The translations under genes were made by a program, and so were the position numbers. The notes beneath the pieces were generated by a model, which saw only the letters and a program-made list of their open reading frames with translations, had not been told where the DNA came from and ran no database searches. From Gammaproteobacteria bacterium (GTDB lineage Bacteria > Pseudomonadota > Gammaproteobacteria > Nitrosococcales > Methylophagaceae), in contig JAQRMU010000007.1 in NCBI GenBank assembly GCA_028598975.1, forward strand, positions 3,182 to 67,181: 64,000 nt of DNA, read 5' to 3'. Positions within the stretch are counted from its first letter, which is position 1; each line of letters starts with the position of its first letter. Of this stretch, positions 34,281-45,574 are shown piece after piece.

Positions 34281-35513
34281 CTATTTACTTTCCTTCTCAT
34301 GCTTGTTCAATAACGGCACCATAATAGGTGCTTGAACAAACAGTGTGAAAAGAACAACACCAAAGGCGATAGACTGTACTGTCCACCAATAATCTAGCTC
34401 AAAAGGCAATGATAATGCTAAGGCTAGCGTTACTGCGCCACGCAAACCTCCGACAAACATAAGCCGTTGTTCTCCCAGCCTTATAGGTTTAAAACTGGGG
34501 ATAAATGAAAGTGTTTTAGCCCCGCCAAAGATACCGATAGCTCGAGCAATTAATATCGCTACAATACCAATTAACATCGCTAACCAATTATCGCTAAACA
34601 TGCCTAAAGTAATGGTTACACCCATTAATAAGAACATTAATGACTCTGCCACATAGACGTTAAAGGTCCAAAAATCATCGACAAAGCTACTCTTCTCATG
34701 ATCTTGAAAATCATGATGTATTACTCTGCCTAATATCATTCCTGCTACCAAAACGGACATAACACCAGACACATTTAACCACTGTTGTGCCACTAGATAA
34801 GAGATATAGGCCGCAATTAAAGTGACGATAGCTTGCTGTACAAAGTCTTGTAGTAAACGAGATAAAAATAGAAAACCAAAGCCAATAAATAGACCCACAA
34901 TACACCCACCAAAGAATACGACTAAGAACCGTAAACTAGCATCCATAAAAGAAATATCTTCCATCGGATGTTGGGCAATATAAAGAAAGATACTGAATGT
35001 CACGATAGCGGTGGCATCATTAAACAATGCTTCACCTTCTATTAAGATACAAAGTCGATCAGGCACGCCTGCCTTACGCATTATTTCTAATACCGCAGCA
35101 GGATCAGTTGCCGCCAATAATGAACCTGTTAATAATGCAGCGATCCATGGAAACCCGGTTGGATGCCCAATACCATAATAAATCATTACTGCTGCGATAG
35201 CGGTTGAAAACAGCATAACGGGAATGGCAAAGAATAAAATAGCCATTAGGTTTTTGAATAACTGCTGTGCATTAATTTTGAAGGCGGCTTCAAATATGAG
35301 CAGAGGCAAAAAGACAAATAGTATTAAGTCATGAAAAGAGTCATAACGAATACCAGTATCAATATCTAGGCTAACTAGGATTTCACTTCCTACAAACCCT
35401 GTTACAACCAATAATCCTGCGAATGGGATATGGAATTTTTCAGCAACTGGCTTCAGTAATAAGGCCAGTAATAACATCATTGCTAATAATATTAAGCCCG
35501 TACTGATCGCCAT
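34281..35513 (-). CDS. CPA1-family Na+(K+)/H+ antiporter
   Basis: 410-aa polytopic protein with ATDPAAV and EGEALFNDA motifs. Confidence 0.85.
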   Translation of the reverse strand: MAISTGLILLAMMLLLALLLKPVAEKFHIPFAGLLVVTGFVGSEILVSLDIDTGIRYDSFHDLILFVFLPLLIFEAAFKINAQQLFKNLMAILFFAIPVMLFSTAIAAVMIYYGIGHPTGFPWIAALLTGSLLAATDPAAVLEIMRKAGVPDRLCILIEGEALFNDATAIVTFSIFLYIAQHPMEDISFMDASLRFLVVFFGGCIVGLFIGFGFLFLSRLLQDFVQQAIVTLIAAYISYLVAQQWLNVSGVMSVLVAGMILGRVIHHDFQDHEKSSFVDDFWTFNVYVAESLMFLLMGVTITLGMFSDNWLAMLIGIVAILIARAIGIFGGAKTLSFIPSFKPIRLGEQRLMFVGGLRGAVTLALALSLPFELDYWWTVQSIAFGVVLFTLFVQAPIMVPLLNKHEKESK

Positions 35514-35516
35514 GAT

Positions 35517-37040
35517 TTACTCCTTGATTTTCTCAAGTTCGGGGAATATTTCATCCATCCCCTTGGTTAAACCATTTCCCATAACAATTCGAGCATGGGT
35601 CCGATTTAATGCACGTGGGTTTTTCACGCCACATGAATGAGCAATGATTCCGACCTCTCTCACCATATTATTAGCATAGCTCGCGACACGTACAGATTTA
35701 GTCTGAGGATGTAGCCCTTTTTGAAGCTTAAGATCATGTGTTGTAATCCCTGTAGGGCAGGTGTTTTTATTACATTGAAGCGCTTGAATACAGCCTAGTG
35801 CAAACATAAAACCTCGCGCACTAGTAATAAAATCAGCCCCCGCACACAATGCCCAAGCAACGGCGCCGGGTGTAACAAGCTTTCCTGATGCAACGACCTT
35901 AACGCGATCTCGCAAGTTGTATTGGCCTAGTTTATCAACAAGAATCGGTAAGCTTTCACGTAACGACATGCCTACGGAATCTATTAAGGGCATTGGTGCA
36001 GCTCCGGTACCACCTTCTGCACCATCAAGCGTAATAAAGTCTGGCGCACATTCTATGCCTCTTGCGACAATAGTACTTAGTAGTTCATCAATTTGCCCGG
36101 GTGAGCCTACGACCATTTTAAATCCAGTGGGCTTTCCAGTGACTTTTCTAACACGATTAATCATGTCTATTAAGTCATCGAAACTATTAATATCAGGATG
36201 TCGGTTTGGACTGTAGGCATCCTTACCCACTTCAACCCCTCGAATTTCTGCAATTTCTTCCGTTACCTTTTCACCCGGCAAGATACCTCCTTTACCCGGC
36301 TTAGCACCTTGACTCATTTTAATTTCAAACATCTTAACTTGAGAATGAGCAGCCATTTCAAGTAGTTTGTCATCATCTAGCACACCATTAAGATCGCTGA
36401 CACCATTCTTAGCTGTACCTATTTGAAAGACAATATCTGCACCACCTTCAAGATGATATTGAGACAAGCCCCCTTCCCCCGTATTCATCCAACACCCTGC
36501 TGATTTAGCACCCGCCGATAAGGCAAGTACAGCTGGCTTTGATAAAGCACCATAGCTCATACCCGAGATGTTAATAATTGATGCCGTTGTATATGGATGC
36601 TTGCACTCCGAACCAATGATTACGGGCTTGGGCGGTACAGCATCTTGACCCAGTGTCGGGAAGGCGCAGTTAACAAATAAAACACGACCAGCACCATTAA
36701 TATTGTCTGTTGAACCAAACGCAACAGTACTGTCTACATTTTTTGCCGCTCGATATACCCAAGATCGTTGGGCGCGGTTAAATGGATATTCTTCGCGATC
36801 CATGGCAAAGAAATACTGACGAAAGAACTCACCGACATGTTCAAATAAATAGCGGAAACGACCAATGACAGGATAATTCCGGCGAATTGTTTGTTGAGTT
36901 TGAGTAACATCAATGACATAGGTCACAACAATCCACAGAACAAGGAAGCCAATCGCAAATATAAATAATGCTGCCATGACCTGCATGGTAGCCATTACAA
37001 ATTCAGCAAATTCAACTGACAATTTATTCATACTCTTCAA
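35517..37040 (-). CDS. FMN-binding glutamate synthase family protein (GltB domain-2-like, membrane-anchored)
   Basis: N-terminal TM helix. KMSQGAKPGKGGILPG and DGAEGGTGAAP motifs. Confidence 0.85.
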   Translation of the reverse strand: MKSMNKLSVEFAEFVMATMQVMAALFIFAIGFLVLWIVVTYVIDVTQTQQTIRRNYPVIGRFRYLFEHVGEFFRQYFFAMDREEYPFNRAQRSWVYRAAKNVDSTVAFGSTDNINGAGRVLFVNCAFPTLGQDAVPPKPVIIGSECKHPYTTASIINISGMSYGALSKPAVLALSAGAKSAGCWMNTGEGGLSQYHLEGGADIVFQIGTAKNGVSDLNGVLDDDKLLEMAAHSQVKMFEIKMSQGAKPGKGGILPGEKVTEEIAEIRGVEVGKDAYSPNRHPDINSFDDLIDMINRVRKVTGKPTGFKMVVGSPGQIDELLSTIVARGIECAPDFITLDGAEGGTGAAPMPLIDSVGMSLRESLPILVDKLGQYNLRDRVKVVASGKLVTPGAVAWALCAGADFITSARGFMFALGCIQALQCNKNTCPTGITTHDLKLQKGLHPQTKSVRVASYANNMVREVGIIAHSCGVKNPRALNRTHARIVMGNGLTKGMDEIFPELEKIKE

Positions 37041-37099
37041 TCCTTTATCCAGAAAACTGATTAGTAGATAGCAATGCTACTTCAAATTTAGCACTATTT

Positions 37100-38614
37100 T
37101 CACTTTAAGAACAATGTATAGGCAGGGTTATCTGTTTCTTGCCAATAGTTATAACCCAACTCATCTAAGAAGTGATGAAAATCATCTTGTTCACCATTAC
37201 TTACTTGAACACCAACTAACACACGGCCATAGGCAGCACCATGATTACGGTAATGGAATAAACTAATATTCCAGCGCTGACCCATTCGCGTTAAAAACCG
37301 CAATAAAGCACCAGGACGCTCGGGGAATTCAAAACGATATAAACGTTCATCTTCAACTTGAGGTGCATGTCCTCCAACCATATAACGAATATGTAACTTC
37401 GCCATTTCATTATCACTAAAATCAGTCCATTGGTAACCTTCTTCATCAAGACTTGCAAAGAGTGCCTGCCGCTCTTCATCACCACCACTAATTCTTAGCC
37501 CAACAAAAACGTGTGCATTCGTACTATCTGCATAACGGTAGTTAAATTCTGTAATACCTCGATCAGATAAGGTTTGGCAGAACTGTTGAAAGCTACCCGG
37601 CTTTTCATCAATCGTTGTTGAAAAGAGTACTTCTCGTCGCTCACCCAGCTCTGCTCGTTCAGCAACATGGCGTAGTCGATCAAAGTTAATATTGGCACCA
37701 CTATCGATCACAATCAGCTCTTTGTCACTCAGGTTTTCACGAGCAATATATTTTTTCGCGCCTGCCACCGCTAGTGCGCCTGATGGCTCGGCTATAGAAC
37801 GAGTATCATCAAAGATATCCATGATTGCTGCGCAGAGTTCATCACTATCAACCGTGATAACTTCATCGACTGTTTCTTTAGCAATTCTGAAAGGTTCTTC
37901 ACCAATTTGTCGTACGGCTGTGCCGTCTGCAAACAAGCCTACCTGTTCAAGCACAATACGTTCATCTTGCTCTAATGCTTCTTTTAAGCATGCGGCATCT
38001 GTTGGTTCAACACCTATCACTTTAATTTCTGGCCAAAAAGCTTTGATATAAGCCGCCACTCCGGCAATTAAACCTCCACCACCAACAGGGACAAAAACGG
38101 CGTAGATCGGATCAGGATGTTGTCGCAATATTTCCATCGCAATCGTACCTTGACCAGCGATCACTTCAGGATCGTCATAAGGATGGATGAATGTACGTCC
38201 TTGTTGCTTGGCAATCTCTAAGGCATAACTACACGCATCATCATAACTATTACCATGCAGAGCGATTTCAGCACCAAAGGCTTTTACCGCCTCAACTTTA
38301 ATTGCAGGTGTTGTCTTAGGCATAACAATTAATGCCGATATAGCCATTTTCTTAGCTGACAGCGCAACACCTTGTGCATGATTACCCGCAGATGCTGCAA
38401 CAACACCTTGTTTCCGTTCACTCTCGGTAAGGTGGGTCATTCGGTTATAAGCACCGCGTAACTTAAATGAAAAGACAGGTTGTAAGTCTTCACGCTTTAA
38501 CCAAAGTGCATTATGTAAGCGATTTGATAGCCTCGGCATAGCATCAAGTGGTGTCTCGATTGCCACGTCATATACCCGCGCTTTTAATATTCTTTCTACG
38601 TATTCAGTTAGCAT
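37100..38614 (-). CDS. ilvA: Threonine dehydratase, biosynthetic
   Basis: 504 aa. PLP lysine context FSFKLRGAY and two C-terminal ACT-like regulatory repeats. Confidence 0.94.
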   Translation of the reverse strand: MLTEYVERILKARVYDVAIETPLDAMPRLSNRLHNALWLKREDLQPVFSFKLRGAYNRMTHLTESERKQGVVAASAGNHAQGVALSAKKMAISALIVMPKTTPAIKVEAVKAFGAEIALHGNSYDDACSYALEIAKQQGRTFIHPYDDPEVIAGQGTIAMEILRQHPDPIYAVFVPVGGGGLIAGVAAYIKAFWPEIKVIGVEPTDAACLKEALEQDERIVLEQVGLFADGTAVRQIGEEPFRIAKETVDEVITVDSDELCAAIMDIFDDTRSIAEPSGALAVAGAKKYIARENLSDKELIVIDSGANINFDRLRHVAERAELGERREVLFSTTIDEKPGSFQQFCQTLSDRGITEFNYRYADSTNAHVFVGLRISGGDEERQALFASLDEEGYQWTDFSDNEMAKLHIRYMVGGHAPQVEDERLYRFEFPERPGALLRFLTRMGQRWNISLFHYRNHGAAYGRVLVGVQVSNGEQDDFHHFLDELGYNYWQETDNPAYTLFLK

Positions 38615-38733
38615 GACCGCCCTGTTTCTTTCACTCTAATAAGCAATATAGTGCTTACGTTACCATTGCAGGTCATTTATCTCTATAATTACTGCGATTA
38701 ATTAATACTACTTACATATAGAAGGATGAAGCG

Positions 38734-39396
38734 ATGACTGCTGATGAAATGAAAAAACAAGCCGCCTATGCCGCACTAGAGCATATTGATACTGACGGTA
38801 TTGTAGGTGTTGGAACAGGTTCAACCGTAAACCACTTTATTGATGCATTGGCTACAATTAAAGGCCAAATTAAAGGTGCAGTTTCAAGCTCGATCGTTTC
38901 AACTAAGCGCTTAGAAGAACATGGAATTCCTGTTTTTGACCTAAACTCTGCTGGTCAAATTGCCGTGTATGTTGATGGTGCAGATGAAGCAAACCATTTT
39001 TTACAACTCATCAAAGGTGGTGGTGGTGCATTAACACGTGAAAAAATCATTGCTGCTGCAAGTGATAAATTTGTATGTATTGCTGATGAAAGCAAATTAG
39101 TCGATGTTTTAGGTAAATTCCCACTACCTGTTGAAGTTGTGCCAATGTCGCGCAGTTACGTTGCACGTGAAATTGTAAAAATGGGTGGTCAACCTGTTTA
39201 CCGCGAAGGTTTTATCACAGATAACAGTAACGTTATTCTTGATGTTCATGGCTGGGATATTATGGAAGCTATCTCATTAGAAAAAGAACTTAACAATATT
39301 GTTGGTGTTGTTACTAACGGTTTATTTGCTATGCGCCCTGCTGATGTTTTATTACTTGGTAGTGAAAGCGGTACAAAAACTGTTTACGCAAAATAA
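38734..39396 (+). CDS. rpiA: Ribose-5-phosphate isomerase A
   Basis: GVGTGST and DGADE motifs, 220 aa. Confidence 0.94.
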   Translation: MTADEMKKQAAYAALEHIDTDGIVGVGTGSTVNHFIDALATIKGQIKGAVSSSIVSTKRLEEHGIPVFDLNSAGQIAVYVDGADEANHFLQLIKGGGGALTREKIIAAASDKFVCIADESKLVDVLGKFPLPVEVVPMSRSYVAREIVKMGGQPVYREGFITDNSNVILDVHGWDIMEAISLEKELNNIVGVVTNGLFAMRPADVLLLGSESGTKTVYAK

Positions 39397-39460
39397 ACTG
39401 CTTTTGTTTATCCCCTTCGTTCTGAAGGGGATGGCAATACACTAAAAGATTCCTATAATC

Positions 39461-40708
39461 ATGTTCAAACCCTTAAGTGTCTTTATCGGGCTACGTTATA
39501 CCCGAGCAAAGCGCAGAAACCACTTTATTTCATTTATATCTCTCACCTCCATGCTGGGTGTTGCACTTGGTGTTGCAGCCTTAATTGTTGTGCTGTCTGT
39601 TATGAATGGCTTTGAAAAAGAGTTGCGTGAACGTATTTTAGGCATGACATCTCATGCTTTTATTACTGGGGCAGACAGCACCCTTAGAGATTGGCAAAGC
39701 CTACAAAAGATGATTGAAGGCGCTGAACACCTCGTTGACTCAGCCCCCTTTGTTGAAGGCCAGGCAATGCTTAGTCAAGGTAGTCGGGTTCGAGGCAGTT
39801 TGATTCGTGGTGTAGACCCTGACCTTGAAGGCCGTGTATCCACGATTGCTGACAAAGTTATTCAAGGGCAATTTGATGCCCTTCAACCCGGTAGCTTCGG
39901 TGTTATTCTCGGTAAAGACCTAGCTATTGCCATGGGTGTGGCGACTGGCGATAAGATTACCTTAATCACACCTCATGTCACACCTACACCTGCCGGTGTT
40001 ATGCCAAGACTAAAACGGCTCAATGTTGTGGGTATCTTTGAAATTGGCATGTATGAATATGATAGCGCGCTTGCAATCATGAATATTGAAGATTCAGCCA
40101 AACTATTCCGTATCCCTAATAGGGTGACAGGGTTACGTCTAAAACTAGATGATATTTATCAAGCTCCGCGTATCACCGCTGATTTATTGGCGACATTACC
40201 AGCCAGTTACCGTGCCGCTGATTGGACTTATCAACACGCCAATTTTTTCCGTGCATTGAAAACTGAAAAAACAGTGATGTTTGTCATTCTTCTACTTATT
40301 GTGGCTGTTGCAGCCTTTAATATTGTCTCAACCTTAATCATGATGGTGACAGATAAACAAGCTGATATCGCGATATTAAGAACTTTAGGTATGACACCCC
40401 AAAACATCATGACAATATTTATGGTACAAGGCACTTTAATTGGCATTTTGGGCACTTTAATTGGCATCGGTGGTGGCGTTGCTTTAGCACTTAATGTTGA
40501 AACAATTATCGCTAATTTAGAGCAGGTTCTTGGTTACCAATTCTTGCCGGCTGATGTCTATTACATTAGTAGTTTACCATCGGATTTACAATGGGACGAT
40601 GTAACAGTAATTGGCATTACAGCTTTTGCATTATCATTACTCTCCACCATTTATCCATCATGGCGTGCATCTAAAATTCGTCCAGCTGAGGCATTGCGTT
40701 ATGACTGA
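39461..40708 (+). CDS. lolC: Lipoprotein-releasing system permease (LolC/E family)
   Basis: 415 aa with a MacB-like periplasmic domain and an FtsX fold. Confidence 0.88.
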   Translation: MFKPLSVFIGLRYTRAKRRNHFISFISLTSMLGVALGVAALIVVLSVMNGFEKELRERILGMTSHAFITGADSTLRDWQSLQKMIEGAEHLVDSAPFVEGQAMLSQGSRVRGSLIRGVDPDLEGRVSTIADKVIQGQFDALQPGSFGVILGKDLAIAMGVATGDKITLITPHVTPTPAGVMPRLKRLNVVGIFEIGMYEYDSALAIMNIEDSAKLFRIPNRVTGLRLKLDDIYQAPRITADLLATLPASYRAADWTYQHANFFRALKTEKTVMFVILLLIVAVAAFNIVSTLIMMVTDKQADIAILRTLGMTPQNIMTIFMVQGTLIGILGTLIGIGGGVALALNVETIIANLEQVLGYQFLPADVYYISSLPSDLQWDDVTVIGITAFALSLLSTIYPSWRASKIRPAEALRYD

Positions 40709-41387
40709 TAAACCTATTATCCAATGTCAGCATTTAGCCAAACATTTCTCTGATGGTAATTTAGAAACGAGTGTACTCACAGATATTAACCTCAGTGTTA
40801 ATAAAGGTGATCGTCTCGCCATTGTCGGAAGTTCAGGTTCAGGAAAAAGCACCCTATTACACCTGCTTGGTGGTTTAGATGAACCCAGTAACGGTGCGGT
40901 TAAAATTCATGGGCAGGATATTAATCATTTATCGGTTAATGCATTAAGTAAATTACGTAACCAGAGTTTAGGTTTTGTCTATCAGTTTCATCATTTATTA
41001 CCAGAATTTACTGCTTTAGAAAATGTAGCTATTCCATTAATTATTGGTGGCACTCAGCCAAAACTTGCACAACAACAAGCAGAAGCGTTATTAAAGAAAG
41101 TTGGTCTAGGCCATCGCCTCATTCATAAACCCAGTGAGTTATCAGGTGGTGAACGTCAACGTGCGGCATTAGCACGTGCCTTAATCACACAACCTGATTG
41201 TTTATTGGCAGATGAACCTACAGGTAACCTTGATCATCGTACCGCACAAGCTATATTTGATTTAATTCTTGAACTGAATGAGTCATTAGGTACTGCATTA
41301 ATTATTGTTACTCATGATACGGACTTAGCATCTCAAATGGATCGGGTATTAACTCTAATCGATGGTAAGTTAACAGCTACAGACTAG
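40701..41387 (+). CDS. lolD: Lipoprotein-releasing system ATP-binding protein
   Basis: [12 protein letters not shown]..., [28 protein letters not shown]. Start set at the ATG that overlaps the lolC stop by 8 nt. Confidence 0.92.
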   Translation: MTDKPIIQCQHLAKHFSDGNLETSVLTDINLSVNKGDRLAIVGSSGSGKSTLLHLLGGLDEPSNGAVKIHGQDINHLSVNALSKLRNQSLGFVYQFHHLLPEFTALENVAIPLIIGGTQPKLAQQQAEALLKKVGLGHRLIHKPSELSGGERQRAALARALITQPDCLLADEPTGNLDHRTAQAIFDLILELNESLGTALIIVTHDTDLASQMDRVLTLIDGKLTATD

Positions 41388-41410
41388 CTTATTACAGCAA
41401 GTAATAAGCT
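41386..41410 (+). terminator. Hairpin at the lolD stop (weak terminator candidate)
   Basis: AGCTTATTAC-agcaa-GTAATAAGCT, a 10-bp stem. The T-run (tttttt) begins only 10 nt further on. Confidence 0.35.
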
Positions 41411-41503
41411 ATCCAGCCCATTTTTTATGTAACATTTTAGTCAAAACTTTGTCTATCCAGTATGGGCATACATTGTCTTCTATAATAATTAGGAGAAAGC
41501 AAT

Positions 41504-41845
41504 ATGACTAAGCTATACATAAGCATATTCTCAGTTTTTCTATTATCCAATCCTATTTTGGTGCTCTCTGCGCCTCCTGTAACAGAAATTAATTCAGTTC
41601 CTAGGGCTGTACTTGAAATAACGGCGAAGAACTATCAGCCACAGACTGATGATAAAATAGAAACGCCTTCCATACCTTATACTCACGAAAGTGAAAAAAA
41701 CAACTCTCTATATCGTGCAACACTGGCAATACAAGGGGTCACTGTGAACTTACGTTTAAATTCGGCAAGTGATGTCAGTTATTCGCGTTATACAAATACG
41801 AGTGAAAAGAATAACTCACTCTATCGGGGTGCAATGGAAAAATAA
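41504..41845 (+). CDS. Small secreted protein with duplicated SEKNNSLYR motif
   Basis: AGGAGA SD 7 nt upstream. Signal peptide MTKLYISIFSVFLLSNPILVLSA. Two copies of Y-T-x-x-SEKNNSLYR-(A/G). Confidence 0.6.
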   Translation: MTKLYISIFSVFLLSNPILVLSAPPVTEINSVPRAVLEITAKNYQPQTDDKIETPSIPYTHESEKNNSLYRATLAIQGVTVNLRLNSASDVSYSRYTNTSEKNNSLYRGAMEK

Positions 41846-41866
41846 CAAGGTTAAGGTCTAGCCTAT

Positions 41867-41896
41867 CAAGGGAAGTAGGCTTGCCCTTTGATTTTC
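41867..41896 (+). terminator. Probable terminator after the small secreted protein gene
   Basis: CAAGGGAAG-tagg-CTTgCCCTTtG followed by ATTTTCT. The stem has bulges. Confidence 0.4.
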
Positions 41897-41932
41897 TGGC
41901 CGATATTAACGTTAGACTTACTATTTCAAAAG

Positions 41933-42460
41933 TTAAGAGTTCTTCTGCCTATTTTTTTCTTGTCTGCGGTTCCAGTTACGAATTACCATTCTTCGCCACA
42001 CAAACCGAACCAAAAAGATTCCTAGTAATGAGGCAATAGCACCACACACCACACTACCTAACAAAAAGGGTTGCCAGATCGTTAAGAACTCATGAGTAAA
42101 CCATTCCCATGTCATCGTGAAACTATGTTGCTCAACAGGAATTTGTAATAACCATGCACCGACTTTATAGGTAAAGAAATACATGGGGGCAATGGTTAAT
42201 GGGTTAGAAACCCATACCGCCATCACTGAAATAGGCAAATTTACGCGAATAAAGATGGCTAATGCTGCCGCAACAAACATTTGCCCTAAAATAGGCATAA
42301 AACCGATAAACAACCCTAATGCTAGTCCGCCCGCAACTGATCGGCGGTTTAAATGCCACAGCTTAGGCTCTGTCAATCGTTCGCCAAACTTTTGTAGATG
42401 CGGATGTTCGCACATCGTTTTATGATCTGGCATGATACGTTTAAGGAATTTACGAGGCAT
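41933..42460 (-). CDS. DUF2062 membrane protein
   Basis: 175 aa. HLNRRSVAGGLALGLFIGFMP is a pattern typical of DUF2062. Divergent from comEC. Confidence 0.75.
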   Translation of the reverse strand: MPRKFLKRIMPDHKTMCEHPHLQKFGERLTEPKLWHLNRRSVAGGLALGLFIGFMPILGQMFVAAALAIFIRVNLPISVMAVWVSNPLTIAPMYFFTYKVGAWLLQIPVEQHSFTMTWEWFTHEFLTIWQPFLLGSVVCGAIASLLGIFLVRFVWRRMVIRNWNRRQEKNRQKNS

Positions 42461-42516
42461 TTTGTCTTATAAAAGCTTTTAGTTGGCCGTTAATTACATT
42501 TAATTATAAGGGATAT

Positions 42517-44781
42517 ATGATTAAAACTGCCATATCATTTGCGCTGGCATGTGCATTATTTTTACAGCTTTCATTTCAACCCTCCCTGCATTGGTTGTGG
42601 TTATCGCTACCTGCCTGTTTTTTATTGCAATTCAAACACCTTCGTTACATAGCTGTATTTATCTTTGGTGGATTATGGACATTATTTAATACTCACTTAA
42701 TTCTTAATGACCGCCTTAAAACCGAAATAGCGGGAAAAGATATTGTAATTAATGGCATTATCTCCAGTGTTCCTGAACAACATCTGCGACGGCTACGATT
42801 TGAATTTGAACCTGAAAGCGTTACCGAGTATCCACTGCCAAATAAAATACGTCTCAATTGGTATCATCCTCTTCCTAAGCATTTTCAGGCTGGTGAGAAG
42901 TGGCAATTAAAAGTTAGATTAAAACCCGCTCGCGGCATGATGAACCCAGGCTCCTTTGATTACGAAGGCTGGCTATTTCAACAAGGAATTGGTGCTACGG
43001 GTTATGTTCGTTCTTCTGTTGATAACCACCGTATAACACTCGCGCCATCCTATTCAATTAATACATTAAGGCAGTCATTAAATAAAAAAGTTGAAGCTCT
43101 TTTACCCAACAGCCCCAATATTGGTCTTATTCAAGGGTTAACAACAGGAACACGTCATAATATTGAGCAAAACCAATGGCAGGTTTTAAGATTGTCAGGA
43201 ACAAATCATTTATTGGCTATCTCAGGTCTACACATTGGTTTAGCCGCTACTATTGGCTTCTTTCTATTTCGTTTTTTATGGTCGTTACGTGCCAATAACT
43301 TACTATTTCTAACAGCAAATGAAATCGGTTCACTGGGCGGGTTTTTATTTGCTTTGTTTTATGCAGGCCTTGCAGGCTTTTCCATTCCCACTCAACGCGC
43401 GTTAATCATGGTTGCAACGGTTATGCTTGCTATCATTATTCGCAGACCAATCCTTGGTAGTCATATTCTCGCTATCAGCTTAGTATTGGTATTAGTATTT
43501 GATCCATTATCTGTCTTATCTGCTGGCTTTTGGCTATCATTTTCTGCCGTAGCGATTATATTGTTTGTGAGTCAAAACCGTTACCCCTCCCTCAAATGGC
43601 AATGGGCTAAAACTCATGTTCTGATCGCCTTTGGGCTTAGCCCATTACTGCTGCTATTTTTCATGGAAACTTCTATTGTTGCACCTATCGCAAATATTAT
43701 CGCAATTCCATTTATCAGTATTCTTGTCGTTCCTTTATTATTACTCGCAAGTATATGCTTATGGCTCTGGCCACCCTTTGGTGAGTTTTTACTTCATTTA
43801 GTCGATCGTTTATTAAGTCTCGGCTGGCCATTTCTCGATACATTAGCTTCATTCCAGTTTTCACATTGGCAAAGTTTCCCTATACCCTTTTATTACTGGA
43901 TCTCCATTATTACTGGCTGTTTATTACTACTCACCCCTCGATACTTTCCTGCTAAATGGTTGGGGATCATAGGCTTTCTGCCATTATTACTGTGGACGGC
44001 TGATAAACCTAATCGAGGTGAGTTTTGGTTTACGTTACTTGATGTAGGGCAAGGACTTTCTGCTGTTGTGCAAACTCATAACCATACACTTGTCTTTGAT
44101 ACAGGGCCTAAGTTCAGTGATAGCTTTAATACAGGTACCGCTATTGTTAAGCCCTTTCTCCAATCACAACATATTTCCCACATTGATACACTGATTATCA
44201 GTCATGGTGACAATGATCATATTGGCGGTGCACTCCCACTTATTAATGACGTAAAAACAGCTCGTATTCTTAGTAGCGTTCCCTCTCTACTTCCTAATGC
44301 TAGCGCTTGCTACTCAGACCAAGAGTGGCAATGGGATGGGGTATTATTTTCAATTATTCACCCAGCACTGACGGATCAAGGTAGTGAAAATAACCTCTCA
44401 TGTGTGTTAAGAATATCTAATTCTGCTGGAAGCGTTTTGTTAACAGGTGATATTGAAAAAGAATCTGAGGCATTATTAATTCAGCGATATAAATCAAACT
44501 TACAGTCAACACTTCTTATTGCACCTCACCATGGTAGTAAAACATCGTCATCACTGGCTTTTGTTAATGCTGTTTCACCTCAATTGACGCTCTTTCCCAC
44601 CGGTTACCGTAATCGCTATCATTTTCCTCATGACCTTGTTTCTAAACGATATAGTCAAAAAGGTATCACCCTGTTAAATAGCGCTGAACAGGGTGCCATT
44701 CAGTTTAAATTCTCTACCAACGCCATCTCAAAACCGAAGCAATGGCGACAATCAAATCATAAAATGTGGACAATGGAATAA
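42517..44781 (+). CDS. comEC: DNA internalisation competence protein ComEC/Rec2
   Basis: 754 aa with a polytopic competence domain and a C-terminal metallo-beta-lactamase fold (ISHGDNDHIGG). Confidence 0.9.
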   Translation: MIKTAISFALACALFLQLSFQPSLHWLWLSLPACFLLQFKHLRYIAVFIFGGLWTLFNTHLILNDRLKTEIAGKDIVINGIISSVPEQHLRRLRFEFEPESVTEYPLPNKIRLNWYHPLPKHFQAGEKWQLKVRLKPARGMMNPGSFDYEGWLFQQGIGATGYVRSSVDNHRITLAPSYSINTLRQSLNKKVEALLPNSPNIGLIQGLTTGTRHNIEQNQWQVLRLSGTNHLLAISGLHIGLAATIGFFLFRFLWSLRANNLLFLTANEIGSLGGFLFALFYAGLAGFSIPTQRALIMVATVMLAIIIRRPILGSHILAISLVLVLVFDPLSVLSAGFWLSFSAVAIILFVSQNRYPSLKWQWAKTHVLIAFGLSPLLLLFFMETSIVAPIANIIAIPFISILVVPLLLLASICLWLWPPFGEFLLHLVDRLLSLGWPFLDTLASFQFSHWQSFPIPFYYWISIITGCLLLLTPRYFPAKWLGIIGFLPLLLWTADKPNRGEFWFTLLDVGQGLSAVVQTHNHTLVFDTGPKFSDSFNTGTAIVKPFLQSQHISHIDTLIISHGDNDHIGGALPLINDVKTARILSSVPSLLPNASACYSDQEWQWDGVLFSIIHPALTDQGSENNLSCVLRISNSAGSVLLTGDIEKESEALLIQRYKSNLQSTLLIAPHHGSKTSSSLAFVNAVSPQLTLFPTGYRNRYHFPHDLVSKRYSQKGITLLNSAEQGAIQFKFSTNAISKPKQWRQSNHKMWTME

Positions 44782-44941
44782 TATGCCGATGTCACTCCAC
44801 TCTGCTCGTTTCAACCCATCGTAGAAGCACTTGAGCCATGCAAATTGAAGTGATATGCGTATAAGCCTATTCTAAGGTTCATGAATGACCTGTTTTCACG
44901 TATCATTGTGCTAAATTTACTTGTTAACGAGATAAGACATT

Positions 44942-45574
44942 ATGTTGGAATTTTTTAAAGCGGGTGGTTTACTTATGTGGCCCCTGTTTATATGTTCAGG
45001 GGTTGCGATTGCCATTATTGCTGAACGTTTTTGGAGCTTACAAAGTAAACGTATTTCTCCTCCAGAATTAATTACACATATTTGGCAATGGCTGAAAAGT
45101 AATCAGGTGGATAATAATCGCATTGGTGCATTACAGCGTAATTCTCCTCTTGGTCAAATTCTAGCAGCGGGTTTGGCTAACCGTGATTCTTCTCGTGAAA
45201 TCACCAAAGAAAGCATTGAAGATGTAGGTCGACATGTCACTTTATCACTAGAACAAAACCTAAACACACTCGGGACAATCGCAGCCATTACGCCATTATT
45301 AGGCCTACTCGGTACTGTTATAGGTATGATCAAAGTTTTTGCAGTTATCACAACGGAAGGTGTAGGTAACCCAGAAACATTAGCAGGTGGTATCTCTGAA
45401 GCATTAATTACCACTGCAATGGGACTAGTTGTCGCCATTCCAAGTCTTATCTTTTACCGCTATTTTCGAGGAAAAGTTAACCTCCTAGTTGTCGATATGG
45501 AAGAAAAGGCAATGAAGTTAGTAGAAATCTTGCATGGTGAACGTGAGTTTGATGCTGATAAGGGTATCCAATGA
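44942..45574 (+). CDS. exbB: MotA/TolQ/ExbB proton-channel protein
   Basis: 210 aa with 3 TM helices and the conserved C-terminal TM pair (GTVIGMI...ALITTAMGL). Confidence 0.85.
   Translation: MLEFFKAGGLLMWPLFICSGVAIAIIAERFWSLQSKRISPPELITHIWQWLKSNQVDNNRIGALQRNSPLGQILAAGLANRDSSREITKESIEDVGRHVTLSLEQNLNTLGTIAAITPLLGLLGTVIGMIKVFAVITTEGVGNPETLAGGISEALITTAMGLVVAIPSLIFYRYFRGKVNLLVVDMEEKAMKLVEILHGEREFDADKGIQ

Noticed and set aside
44782-44941. Looked for a Fur box or TonB-system regulatory site upstream of exbB.
   Set aside because: There is no convincing GATAATGATAATCATTATC-like dyad.
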